From NCBI RefSeq assembly GCF_036588685.1, contig NC_086382.1:24614001-24678000 (forward strand): a stretch of 64,000 bases of DNA, written 5' to 3'. The notes under the pieces were generated by a model, which saw only the letters and a program-made list of their open reading frames with translations, did no database searches and had not been told where the DNA came from. The number at the start of each line of letters is the position of its first letter. The first letter of the stretch is position 1. Of the stretch, positions 13,919 to 27,583 are shown piece by piece. This stretch comes from Mytilus trossulus. Lineage: Eukaryota. The translations under genes and the position numbers were made by a program.

Positions 13919-14734
13919 GCAAGTTGCAGCAAATAAATAAACATCACGCTGTCCTTGTCGCTTTGAGATATGGTGGGCCGTAAGCAGCATTTCAAATCAG
14001 TTCCAACGCCCTATAAAGTTGACCAAGTGTTTGTGTTTGGAACGCCATAGCTGTCTTATGTTGCATGTGCTATTATACATTATTATGGAAGGTGGATATT
14101 TTTCTATGATAGAGTATTTTTTTTATTATATTGATCGTGCTTTCTTGTGTGGCATGTGCTATTATTTGCTTTGGATATTTCACAATATGATTGGGCTTTG
14201 TTTAATTATATGATGGTGCTTTTTAATGATGTGATGGTGCTTTCGTTATATACAATGGTGCTTTTTTATTATATGGTAGTGCTTTTGTGTTATGTGATGA
14301 TTCTTTTTTTGTTATATGGTGGTTTAACATGATTTATGAGATCTCAACCGTCCCCCTTTTCATGTAGAAAACCTATTCAATAGTTTAATATTCGAAGTTT
14401 ACGGACTTCGGAAGTGCATGTATTACCGGCATTGATTAATCTCATAATAATACAATTCGTACTTTATCTCACTTGAAAATCTTAACGAAACGAGAATAAT
14501 AATGAAAAACCGCGGGCAAAACATAATATAATGTTAGAGATACATAATGTAAATTAATGTAAGAGATAGTGAACTTCACCTTCACGGCTTTGTAGTGCTA
14601 ATGCATAACAACAGTTCATACCTGATTTACTGTTTTAACATAAATGAAAACAATTTTACATTATACCTTTTACATTAAATACACCCGCAGTGTAGCTTAT
14701 GGAACGCCATAGCTGTCTTATGTGTCTTTTTTTT

Positions 14735-15223
14735 ATTGCTTTTCTATTATAAGATGGTGCTTTTCTATTATAAGATGGTGGTTTTCTATTATAAGATGGT
14801 GCTTTTCTATTATAAGATGGTGGTTCTCTATTATAAGATGATGGTTTTCTATTATAAGATGGTGCTTTTCTATTATAAGATGATGGTTTTCTATTATAAG
14901 ATGGTGCTTTTCTATTATAAGATGGTGGTTTTCAATTATAAGATGGTGGTTTTCTATTATAAGAAGGTGGTTTTCTATTATAAGATGTTGCTTTTCTATT
15001 ATAAGATGGTGGTTTTCTATTATAAGATGGTGGTTTTCTATTATAAGATGGTGGTTTTCTATTATAAGGTGGTTTTCTATTATAAGGTGCTTTTCTATTA
15101 TAAGGTGGTTTTCTATCATAAGGTGCTTTTTTATTATAAGGTGGTTTTCTATCATAAGGTGCTTTTTTATTATAAGGTGCTTTTTTATTATAAGGTGCGT
15201 TTCAATCATAAGGTGGTTTTCCA
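14735..15223. repeat. 21-bp minisatellite shifting to 18-bp units
   Basis: Unit gcttttctattataagatggt, later ttttctattataaggtgc; source of the repetitive ORFs 14733..15224 and 14736..15290. Confidence 0.95.
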
Positions 15224-18200
15224 TAGTAGCTGCCGATATACCTTTTGCATGAGATTGATTTCTTCACATATTCCCTTTTATGTTTTGTGAAAAGGTTCAA
15301 TGTTAAGCATTATTAAGTTATACGTGTTTTTTTTTTCTTTCAACCATTTTTTCGTTTTTTGGAACTCTTTTTCCCTTATCTGTAGTGGCTAATCCTTTAA
15401 CTTGCACTTTTTGTCCATTATTTTCTATTTTCTTACACGAATTTGCATTGTCTATATATATAGCTAAGTAAAATAAATAAGGGTAAGTGTATACGTCCGT
15501 ACATCGTAGATGGTGTGTATCCTTTAAATTTTAAACTTTTAGTTTTCATATCTCAAAATCCCAAACAGGGTTATGTGAGTAGCAAATTGATATTCGAATA
15601 TTTTTTAGTAATTCGGTGAATATTAATATAAACATTTCTAACATATATGCACTAAGTAATATGTTTAAGGCAGATAGCTAACATTGACAAATAACCAACT
15701 GTGATTGAAACCATAAAGTTGGATTGCAAACTCTTACAAGGGAGATGCTACTATTGATATTTCTAGCACAGCCCTTCATTATTATTGCTCATGGCGGGAA
15801 ATCTCTTTTAGAGGGATTTTGGATCGTTAAAACATGTTTTTTTAACATTACATGTATAACAACATCGTGGGCAGCAAGTCTTGCTAGATGTACATACCGG
15901 TACATTTGGAAGATACATTTATATAATTAACACTAAAAGCCATCCTAAATTAACTACCCCATAAAGGATGCCCATGGCATGTTTGGTTGTGCAGTGGAGA
16001 ACGATGTTTTAATCTAGCAAATTATACTTATCCATGTTCATATCGATATAATGACTATTGAACATATTGTTAATGCATTCAATTGACAACAAATTCACAT
16101 TACAAGCTGTCAGTATATATCATATAAGTACATTTCATCAATATATGAATAAATGTGACTAACAATATCCTATTTCATTTCTTATACTTCGGTTATTTTA
16201 ATATATATAAACTTCCTATAAGCAATATAATGAAATGCGACTTTGTAATACGTGTTTTTTATATCACGGCGCAAGTGAATGCGCGAATTCTTGGAAATGA
16301 TATCTTGTGAAATTAGTAATTCATTTATTTTAATTGGACTTTTGAAAGAAGGATATTCATTTAATGTTTTGTTTTGTACAAACGGTGCACATTTGTTCAT
16401 CAGGTTAGTGGATTTGATAATCTAGTTCCTTACTTTTACAGCAAAATGCATTAAGTGTGTGGGTAAAAGTTTTGTCCTACAGACAGATAAATCGGTTATC
16501 TGTTGGACTTATCTTATCTAAAAGGAGGGTAGTATACCTAACCTAAAAATGACTTCACGGTTCAGCTCCAAGCAATTTAACCTACACACTTAATGCAATT
16601 TAGCCGTAATGTTTGCAATGTGTTATAAGAATCGTCCTGAACATGCATGAAATATAATCCACTGGACGTTCATAAAAAAAACATTCAATCATTACGCATG
16701 GTTGAAGATGTAAAAATATCTGATAACTTGAAGAGACAATTCTCTTCCCAATATACAGACATCAGATTTCATGCATGTAATTTTCGTGTAGAGAGAAACT
16801 TGTTTCGTAAATCTAAAAACACTACCTAATCAAACTTTGCTATTTGTTATATTGAGACATATACCATGAGAAGATAAATGAAGTCTTACTATCGCAATTT
16901 AGAAAAGCAACGCATTTTGTGTAACCCGGGAACATGTATAAACTTAACAGCGTAACTTTAAAAAAACATATTTTAGTGTGTTTGTTTTGCCAAAAAAAAG
17001 GATATATGTGGGAATAATTACCAATGCAACAAAAACAAAATGACATTTTAAAGCCAACATAACAGTCTTCGTCAGTAGACATGACCGATCACTTAAAAAC
17101 GTTTTAAATATCTAAATTAATCCGAGTCTATAAAGTTTGTGAATCAAGGCGGGGAGGTATGATAGAAGTCATTAGTTTAGCCTCACCTCCCAAATAGTAA
17201 AATTACTTTGTACGTGTTTCAAAAAGTTTGAAAACGTAAGGCCAATATGGAAGACTAAGTACAAAAATATTAATACTGATCACTTATATTCACGTGAGAG
17301 ATGTCATTTTGTTAATTTATATGATACTTAAATATTTTTTGAGTTTGGTCATAAACTGTGATTCATTACAGTAAAAAAAAAATCTGCTTCTAAAGGGGCG
17401 CAATTAGTGCCCATATGAATACCTTCAATCTGTCGATAATCTTTGGGGCCTAAAAAGTGTACCATTTTCTTTTCAGAAACAAATGCGATGCGTCGTTATC
17501 CCTAAAATCTAGAGATGATGAATAAATATTAGTGGCATACGACACCCACTAACGAGATTCGCAACCTGACATACGCACATGAAAATGTGTAGGATTAAAA
17601 AAAAAAATCTCAACGCTCCCCCTTTATAAATATGTTTTAGTTGAACAATCACATATTATGTTTTGAGTTATAACAATGAGTACAAAAAAGTCATGTATTT
17701 TTGTATACTTTGTTGACAATGACATATTGTTAAATGTAAACAGGATATCTTTACATGCAGATTTCCTATGACACATTCGATGTGAAAAAAACCCAACACA
17801 TTTGCATAGTACATAGTCTTTTAATCGGCAATTGAAAGGGCGGATACAATTGAATGTTAATGAGACCACAAAACTTTGAAAAACAGAGAAAATTATTTTT
17901 TTACACTTTTGTTCTGCTTTATCTATGACATTGAATTGATAAACTAAAGAAATTATCATCTATTGCATAATACAACACGATACGAACATCACGTGTTGGG
18001 GATCTCCCTTCAATGTTGTGGCTGGTAAAATGATTTGGTCAACAAGCTATATTAGATTATCAGAATCACTTCTTGTCATATTCCATACACACAAATTGGT
18101 GTAATTTTGCACACAAAAAAACAAAGTTGTATATTATAGGTTTTAAAATTCTCTTTCTAGCTGTTTATGAATATGAGTTGCAAATACTATAGCTCTAGAT

Positions 18201-19759
18201 TCATGAGCGTATTTTCAAAACATCTACCGGCAATATCATCGCACTTCAACTTTTGACCGTTTTAGATTAGCTAAAATAACATTGTAGCCAGTCGTGTTTT
18301 GTAAAATGTATATTATTATAAGTTAAACAGAGCTATCTCGTAAAGTGATCTGTAAAATGAAGCTACAGAAAATATATGCCTTCCAGCATATGATTCGTAC
18401 GTTTTTAATACGACCATGCTGTTGCATTGAGTTAATGAAAAAAAATCACATTTTTTACTGCAAATAAAAAGAATATGTTTATATTTCAGAAAACATAGGA
18501 ATTTGACAAATAAAGCATCACAAAGCACTGAATAATAGGTATGTAAATATGCACACAAGTTCATTTTTTTCTAATTATATCGAATCGAACTCGAGCATCC
18601 ATTTTAACCACTCAATTTCTTCAAGCACACTTCAAACGGTTCCAAATTATGACTATTACGTAAATTGATTGATTGTTAGTTGCTTAACGTGCTGTGGCAA
18701 ACATTTCATGCATGTTCAGGACGAGAACAAATTAACAATAAATACAATAGGTCTTGTAATAGAGGCCATCCGGGATGATGATCGGGGAAATTTGGACTGC
18801 CACTGGAAACTTAAGGTATATAGGATAAGAGCAGAAATTTTGCCTTGCAACAGGTTAACTACGGACTCCCCAAAGAGTTGTTGCAAGGGTTCTAAACGTG
18901 AAATCTATTGCATAAAAGAACATTTAATTTATATAAAGATACACAAGCAAACATTGAATGGAGGATGCTTGTCATTTCAAATTGTGTTAAAATCGTGCAT
19001 TGTGCAGATGTCTTATTTTGGCGTAAATGTCTTCTGTGGGTTGTGGGTGAACAGAAATTCTTTTTTGTTTTGCTGTCTTGCTTTAGTAGCTGCCTTACTC
19101 TAGTAGCTTTGATTTAGAAGATAGTTATAAAAAATTGTCACTTTTGATGGTCATAGTTTTAGCTTAGCGATATATTCACTCTTGACCTTCTTGACACAAT
19201 GTCTATGCACAAATTCAAACTAGTAAGGATTTCTGAACGTAAATAATCATCAACTAACTGTATGAAACTTACACATGTATCCTTTCTATGTGTATTGATT
19301 CATGTATATTTGGTTTGTTTGGGTTGCAATGTGTGCATTTTCGAATGACCAATATACAAAAGTATAACTCAAATGGGTAAATGTACACACATGTATGTTC
19401 TCGTTCCGTATTTTTCATAGTTGTTTTTTTACAGAGTGTAAATATTTTATCATAATGTGTTGTTTTGCAATTTGATAGGTATAAATGTACTCAGAAATTT
19501 GAACACGGAAATACTTGTTTCAGTACTTTCACCACTTGATTACATATTTTACATTTTTAACTAAGCAGTTTCATTTCCTTCTTTCGTCGAAAGTTTTTAT
19601 AATGCGCAAGAAGGAAAACGGGTGATAGATCATATTTTTCCTAAAATGACTTAATTAAGATTGGAGCGTAATCATATCATACTCTGATTTATAGTATACT
19701 CTCATTTATAGCTTATTACTTGTACGTGCATCCTTGACCAGTTTTAGAAAAAAAACTTA

Positions 19760-19975
19760 GTGCCCAACCTTTGGCAGGAAAACTGACAATCCTTGTCAAT
19801 TAAGATTGGACATGAGGGCACCAGCAACATACGGGATTCGAACTCATTCCCTTGGTGTTGACAGTATAGGGTTACAGAAGTTGAACTACATGTACATATG
19901 TACATTTTGAATTTTAAACCAATAAAAATTACTTACTTACTTACTATGTACTTAGACCACTCGGCCACCGAGGCT
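19760..19975 (-). mobile_element. tRNA-derived SINE, 5' part
   Basis: Minus strand has A-box-like gcctcggtggccgagtggtctaag and B-box-like gagttcgaatccc; body matches 56998-57035. Confidence 0.7.
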
Positions 19976-20187
19976 TCTGTTGTTTTAAGAGCACTAGTTC
20001 ATGATCGGACATTAAACTGTAAAATTCTACTATGTTCAGAAATCGAGTTTGCAGTCAATTGTTTTTCAATCAATATTTTGCCCTTCATTTTTTTGGTTTT
20101 GTTACACGCAAATATTCAATTTTGTCTAATAATCATTTTAAAAAAGACTGTTCATATTCAGATTGACAACACAGATAGTGTCCAAAC

Positions 20188-21634
20188 TACGGAAGCGTAT
20201 TAGGGACATTTAAAAAATAAATTTGGCAGTGAAATTTTATTTCAAAGTCGAAATTTTGACATTTCAAATCTCAAAATTTCGACTTTAACTCGAAATTTTA
20301 ACTTTTCTTATCTTGAAATTTTTACTTTTCTTATCTTGAAATTTTTACTTTCTAAAATCTTGAAATTTCGACTTTTTCTTAACTCGAAATTTCGACTTTT
20401 TCTAAACTCGAAATTTCGACTTTTTCTAAACTCGAAATTTCGACTTCTTTTTTACTCGAAATTTCGACTTTTTTAAAACTTTAAATTTCGACTTTTCCTC
20501 AGTATTTATACGTTTGCGATTACTACATTCACAGTCATTTATATCAGCGAGACGGAGAGCCATTTACATCATAAACTTCATAAGCATATTTTAACAAACT
20601 AAACCATTTTAAAGAGATTATTTTAGATAGAAAATCTTGTTCTTGCCAAAGAATAAACAAAATATGTTTCAGGTTCAAATACATATTTCAAGTCTGGACT
20701 TCAGATATGTGTACCAAGACAACCCCGCTATTCCGACACACCTATATTACGACATTCTTTTACTCAACAGTCTAATATATAAAGACAAGGGTTAATAGTT
20801 GTGTTATAAGAATTCAAACTTCCAAAACTAGAAAAAAAACTGAGCAGCTCATTGTTCGTTCTGAATATGCATGGCATTTTTGGCTACTTGATTTACCATT
20901 GTTTAAACAAGGCAAAGTCAGTGACTTGCTATTGGTATACCAAACAGGCCTTTGAAACTGTGATGCTAAATGTTCTCAGACCTAATGATCATATGACAGT
21001 GTTGTGGAAACTAAAACATGGAATATGGAAGGGGGGACTCTGTCAACATGCATGTTCTTTACGAATGATTTCTTCAATATTAAATGCTAATCCATATCTT
21101 AATTTAAGAACAAAACCAGTTTCTGAATATAAATTGCCAAAATGTGTGGATGACGCTTAAATAATTTGCGTCCATGTCTACTCCTTCTAAAATTGTAATA
21201 ACTGTGTTTGAATACTACAAAATTTCGAGATTTCAACAGTCGAAATTTTGAGATCAAAGTCGAAATTACGATTTAAGAAAAAAAAGTCGAAATTTTGAGT
21301 TTACAAAAAGTCGAAATTTTGAGTTTAAAATAAGTCGAAATTTCGAGTTTTAAATAAGTTGAAATTTTGAGTTTAAAATAAGTTGAAATTTCGAGATTCT
21401 AGAAAGTCGAAATTTCAAGATTCTAGAAAGTCAAAATTTCAAGATTTTGGAAAGTCAAAATTTCAAGTTGTAGTCAAAATTTCGGCATTTGAAAAGTCAA
21501 AATTTCGGCATTTGAAAAGTCAAAATTTCAAGTTGTAGTCAAAATTTTAGTGATTTGAAATGTCAAAATTTCGACTTCGAAAAAAAAGTTCATTGCCAAT
21601 TTTATTTTTTCTATGTCCCTAATACGCTTCCGTA
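20188..21634. mobile_element. Non-autonomous DNA transposon, IS3EU-like (TAC...GTA ends, 6-bp TSD)
   Basis: 22-bp perfect TIR tacggaagcgtattagggacat; CCAAAC duplicated at 20182-20187 and 21635-21640; inverted subterminal arrays of tcgaaatttcgacttt. Confidence 0.85.
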
Positions 21635-22712
21635 CCAAACAGTGCTGATAATTACTTTAGTGAATCTGTTTAGCACCTACTTAATGATATTATGTCTGAC
21701 TTGTAGATCGATACCACTGAAAAAAAGCTAGTTTTCTATTATAAATCTTATCACTGGTGGGAGTTCAATGTCGAATTTAATTAGCTTCCGTACATAAATC
21801 AATCCCATAGACAACAAGTACATCTTCCAGCAATATCGCAGGTGTTATTTAAATGTCATAAGTCTCATAGGTACAAATTCAGCTTAACAAATTTATATTA
21901 GTATCGTCATATTAAAGCGTTGGCAAACAATGTAGTTTGAATGGTTGTTCACTGGTAATTTTTGAGGTCCTTGATAGCTTGATGTTCGGTTTGAGCCAAG
22001 GCTCCGTGTTGAAGGCCGCATCTTGACCTATAATGGTCTACTTTTATAAATTGTTACTTTGATGGAGAGATGTCTCATTATTGACATTTTTGTGTGAAGG
22101 TCAACCAGAAAGTTGATGAAATCTTTAATTTGACTACTCCTTGTTGGTAGTAACCACTTGCGAATGAATAGATGTTCCTTATACTAGGGCATTGCGATAA
22201 GCACTATATAGGTCCGTTATCGAAAACTATGTGTGTTAAACTGCATTTGCGACCGTCTAATAATTGCATTATAGTATTACTTTGTTAAGAAATTTGGTTT
22301 GCAGTTGATGCATTGCGTACTTTTACATATATTTTAGTTGTTGACTGTTGTTTATTTTCTTTGTTTTCCCTTGTTTCGGCCATGCTATTGTCTGGTTTTT
22401 TTTTTATTAAACTTCGACGTATGACTTTTTATTGGCTCTTCACCACCTTCTCTCTCTGTCTCATACATGTATGTTTCTGCTACCTTGGCAACATAACTAT
22501 AAATTGCACCTGTACTATAGTTATATTGAAGGCGGACACTACACATGACAATAATGATAACAAAAAACACCATCTAAGACGACATAAGTGCTGACACATA
22601 ACATGTACTTTTCCCGGGCGTTATGACCTCTGAAGCTATACTTGAACAAAAAATGAAAAGTATACTCATACACTAAAATACAACAAGAAGTGTATTATAC
22701 TCCCGGATTATA

Positions 22713-23211
22713 CTTGTTTAGTCCATTGTTATTTGGTTACATTTTCAGCGAACGACTAATAGCTATACCATTGATTCGCCCTTTTGTATCTTCGACCACT
22801 GTCAAGCTCTTGTTTTTTAGTCCATTGTAACTTGGTTACATTTTCAGCGAACGACTAATATAGCTGTACCATTGATTCGCCCTTTTGTATCTTCGACCAC
22901 TGTCAAGCTCTTGTTTTTTAGTCCATTGTAATTTGGTTACATTTTCAGCGAACGACTAATAGCTGTACCATTGATTCACCCTTTTGTATCTTCGACCACT
23001 GTCAAGCTCTTGTTTTTTAGTCCATTGTTATTTGGTTACATTTTCAGCGAACGACTAAAAGCTATACCATTGATTCGCCCTTTTGTATCGTCGTCCACTG
23101 CCAAGCTCTTGTTTTTTTAAGTCCATTGTTATTTGGTTACATTTTCAGCGAACGACTAATAGCTATACCATTGATTCGCCCTTTTGTATCTTCGACCTCT
23201 GTCAAGCTCTT
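22713..23211. repeat. ~100-bp tandem repeat, 5 copies
   Basis: gtccattg unit starts at 22721, 22820, 22921, 23020 and 23121. Confidence 0.95.
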
Positions 23212-26149
23212 AATTGGCACAAAGATGAACACACGACACAAAAGGACTTCAAGTAACAATGACAACCACTATACGTTATTTTAAAACAATTTCGTTGATC
23301 GATTTCAATGATATATAAATGATTTTAATTATACATGCAGATATCAGAAGAATCTTAATGGACTTTCACCTTTTGACCTTTTAAGATAAGACTGAAACAA
23401 CATCTCAGCTTATCATATTTTCTTTCAAAATATAACACTAAGATGCATTGTTTATACAATTTTTAAACTCTATTTTCAAATAAAATAACAACTTTAAGCA
23501 ATACATGAATCATCTGTACAATAAAACTAATATATTTTAAGAACTGTAGGCAGTACTTTTCTAATAAACTACACGTGAAGACGGTTGTATTATATTGTTA
23601 TGAAACATAATAGTTATCAATATATTAACATATGTTTTAAATTTCAAAAGGACATAATCTGATTCATCATTTTACAGTAATAAGATCTAATAAGTCTAAT
23701 CTGGTATGTATTTTTTCTCAGTTAAATATATATATAGTCGTTTGTGTTAAATCACAAAAAGTGTATGTGATATCGCGTTCCTTCCACCACAAGGATTTCA
23801 AGACCTATCTGTTAGGTATTTACACGTAGATTTTGCCTGTATGAGTTTCGTTTGCAATGTAAATGTTCATCTCATAACCCGCAGCCAGAAGTGGTAATTC
23901 AATTACAACCTGTATTTATTTATGTCCTGTACACATTTGTCCGTACGAGTATCAGGATTGTTTACTATTGCACGTGTTAAATGATGTGTTTATTCTCTTT
24001 TTTGTGTCCCCCTCTTCCCCTCAGTTGTAGCGGAGGTGACTTTAAGTTTGACCCTTGTCCGTCCGTAGAGTAAACCCTCAATGACATATTATTATAGTTC
24101 CCAAATTATTTATAATTCTTTTAGTATACCATAAAGTTCGCTCTTTATAAAATGGTTAATCTAAATTTCAACGAACATATGTAACGCTGGAATATGCAGT
24201 ACGAATTACTGCAAATTATTGATTCGGAAAGAAAGTTATTTGATGTACTGACACACAACATTGTTGATAATTCTGCAACAGTTAAAAATTGCGATATCAC
24301 ACAGAAATTGAGTACAAGAACATTCCTCGTGTTTCAAACAATGGCTTGACGCTGATATAGATCGCAGTAAAATCACAAAGGAAAGGGATAGCAACATAAT
24401 ATACAAATATCAGACCTGCAAGTTGGTCATTTCTTTTCGTTATATCGTGAAAGTCTATACATACATTGTAGCTTTCTGAAAATATAATTCTTTTGTTATC
24501 CCACTCTATATCATAGAATGTAAGAACATACAACAAATCCACTTACATGTATAATTAAACTTAGTGCTTGCACAAAATTGTATCATACTTGAGAACTCCC
24601 GCTAGAAAGCATATGCCAAAAAGCAATATTCTCTCTTTGATATTTACTATATTCTTTAATGTCTGGCTACCATTTTACATTTCTGTAGGATATTTTCATT
24701 TTATGCTGTTTCAGGACTTACACCAAGAGGTCGTCGATCAAATGAAATAAGAAACCCTGCATGTATCATGATTTTCGATAGCATGGTCAAATTGCTGGAA
24801 ACCCCCTCCTCTTGAAAACTACCATTCTACATTAACAAAACTATCTTAGTGTAAATTAGTTCACTCATTCGGGCTAACGCCCTCGCGGTATATCCTATAC
24901 TTGTATTTGCTCAATCTACATTAAGGGAGAGACTGTAATTGAAATAAAATAGTATAATACATAAATGTCAGTAATAATGGTGAACGATGCTATTGAAATG
25001 ATTAATATCGGAATCAATGTGTTACTTTTATTTTCAGTTAGTACAATGTACAATAAAAAATAATGGCAATTATTTTGAATCAAAAGTCAAGTTAATTTGT
25101 TACGATGTTGATTAATTTTTTACCACGCACACGCAATAGCGACGCTCTTTATAATTGTCCGTGTAGTAGCCACTCGCAGAGAGAGAAAAAACAGGCATTA
25201 CAATCCATTTCATCATAATATACTAAGTCTTATATTTGGGCTATTTCAATCGATCACGCTTCTAAAAGAAGTGGGAAAAGATACCCAGGGGGCAACAAAA
25301 AACTATGTAAGTTCTAGATATATAAATAATCGAGTATTGTCACATTTTTAAAAGATACATGTACATGAAAGTGCACAATAGAATAAATCCACGTTATATA
25401 CACGACATCAAGGCAAACCAGAATGTTTTCTGAACTTGATAAACATGTCATAATAAGTGTTTACTATTCTTTATTTATATTTTTTCAAATGCCAAATAGA
25501 TTAAGAAGTTGAATGTAATTCTGTTTTAAGCTCAGAAGGCATCACTTGATGATTTGATGGTCGCTAATTAAGTTTACTGGCTACGCGTTTGCTTACAGTA
25601 CTGTATATGTTAAACAACTGCCTACACCTTGTGGCTAATGGTTAATGACGCCCCCGTCACTAATATATCATAGACAGGAATAAAACTTTAAACATTATAA
25701 TTTCTACGTGTACCCACATCTCAATTTAAATGGAACTCTGAACAATTATATAACATCTAGTAACGAAAACAGCTGCATAGTAAGTAAATATGAATTAACA
25801 CTAGATAAGTAACGACTATAGCTGGTAAGTTTTTGTTTCTTCACACTGCTAATTGATATTAATCAAAATTTGTAAGCTTGATTAATTATTAAGGTATATG
25901 AGACAACTATCCACCAGAGTTAAAACTTAGTTTAAACAGATGTAGTTAGCATCAAATATTGTTTTTAACCATGTGCATGTGTTTCGTTATTCGAATGTTA
26001 TTGTATCAAACGGTACCAGTTTACTTAGAGCGATATAGTAAAACTAAATAAAATACCATAATATGTTAAAGAAGCAAAAGAACTCACAGTAAAAAAAATG
26101 CTTCACAAAAGGCTTATGCTTGTACTTTAATTTAAGCATATATTTAACT

Positions 26150-26250
26150 CGTTTTTTATTCGAGCGTCACCTATGAGTCTTTAATTTGTAGACGAAACGA
26201 GCGTCTGGTGCAAATACAAACTTTCAATCCTGGAATCTGTGATTAGTTCA
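26150..26250 (+). mobile_element. Retrozyme fragment with degenerate hammerhead
   Basis: gagcgtca-cctatga-gtct...agac-gaaacgagcgtc-tggtg; the CUGAUGA core is mutated. Confidence 0.75.
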
Positions 26251-26371
26251 TGTTGAAGCTACAAATTAGATTCATTTGTTGTGCATTATGTACTTTGCTT
26301 AAACTAAAGCAGAATAGACACATATCCAGGAATTAATTATTGTTGGTTGCTTTAAAACTATACTAGTATAA

Positions 26372-26553
26372 ACGAGAGACGAAAGACACCAGAGGGACAG
26401 TCAAACTAATTAATCGAAAATAAACTGACAACGCTTGGCTAAAAATGAAAGAAGACAAACAAACACAATGGAACACATGACACAACATACATAAAACTAA
26501 AGAATAAGCAACGCGAACCCCATCAAAATGAGGGGTGTCACTGATCTCAGGTG
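26372..26553. repeat. Interspersed repeat family C, diverged
   Basis: Similarity to 9487-9660. Confidence 0.8.
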
Positions 26554-27541
26554 CAATAAAAGTCCCGGATGTATCCAAGGACGCTCTACAGCTTTATGGA
26601 CCAGACAAACATATAAAACACAGAGATGAAGCAGACCTTGATCTGTCAGCTGTGAAATAATTTAAACAATAAAATTCTTTGATCTCCCACGAACTGCAGC
26701 TAAATGACGCATTGTACATTTATGATAGCAGAAAAAAAATGTATTGCGTGGGTTTTCATTAGTCGATTGAGCTTAGGAATACTACCTTTTGAGTACAGTT
26801 TATATTGTAATTTAACGTGCAATCCCACATGATCAATTCAAAGTGGGCCTTGATCTCTTCTGTGACTAAAACGGCCGTACAAAAATTTATAAGCAAGATG
26901 ACATGATGTACTCCGGGAAAGTAAACAGACCCTACCGGAAACATTATTTCAATTTCGAGGCGACTAGTCTTTTTCTTGCTCTTCAGTGCCAAGTAATAGG
27001 CAGAGAAGCAGCAAATACAAAAAAATAATGTTAAGTGTTTGGTTTGACCCGTATAGATGTTCAAACCCACTTTCTCCCGCACTTGAGGCGATACGCTATC
27101 ACGAGACCAATGAAATTAGAAAACAGGATGTACACTTTTGAAATTAAATGTAATATTTCTGATAGATACAGTTTTGCCCGATTTGTAAGGTTGTTTAGAA
27201 AATAAACTTCAATTTATCAGTTATTGCCTGGTGCGGTTTAATTGCAATAGAATTATAATGTATACACCTCCGCATTGTGTTCAGCTTTGCAAGAATGGTT
27301 ACATTACACATAATCATAATAAATTTACAGTAATAATCAAGCTTTTAAGACAAATATTACTAAATCGATTTTATTAGCAGCTGTACCTTATTACTCAGTC
27401 AGCTGTGATGTGATTATAAAATATGTAATGGTTTTATATGTAACAAGTTACAGGTAGACGTTTGTGATATGATTCAGTGAAAGTTTCTACTTATTTGTGA
27501 TGGCTTACCCTTATAATCATAATATCAATGATTATTTTCAG

Positions 27542-27583
27542 AATACCAAGGACAGAACCATCTTTATACCATAACTTTCAAAG
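27542..27583 (+). other. Candidate non-coding 5' UTR exon of the WH1/CRIB gene
   Basis: Acceptor ttattttcag and donor AAG|gtaagc; downstream acceptor tttctttccag at 28871 precedes the ORF. Splice-signal evidence only. Confidence 0.35.

Noticed and set aside
14733-15290. His-rich and Tyr-rich periodic ORFs
   Set aside because: 21/18-bp minisatellite
15745-15800. Signal-peptide-like MLLLIFLAQPFIIIAHG
   Set aside because: No GT donor at the expected place and no downstream exons identified
19832-19975. tRNA-like A and B boxes
   Set aside because: No cloverleaf, boxes separated by an insertion, and contiguous with a SINE body; called SINE rather than tRNA
22713-23211. Regularly spaced repeats resembling a CRISPR array
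   Set aside because: Whole units repeat with no unique spacers; eukaryotic context, no cas genes
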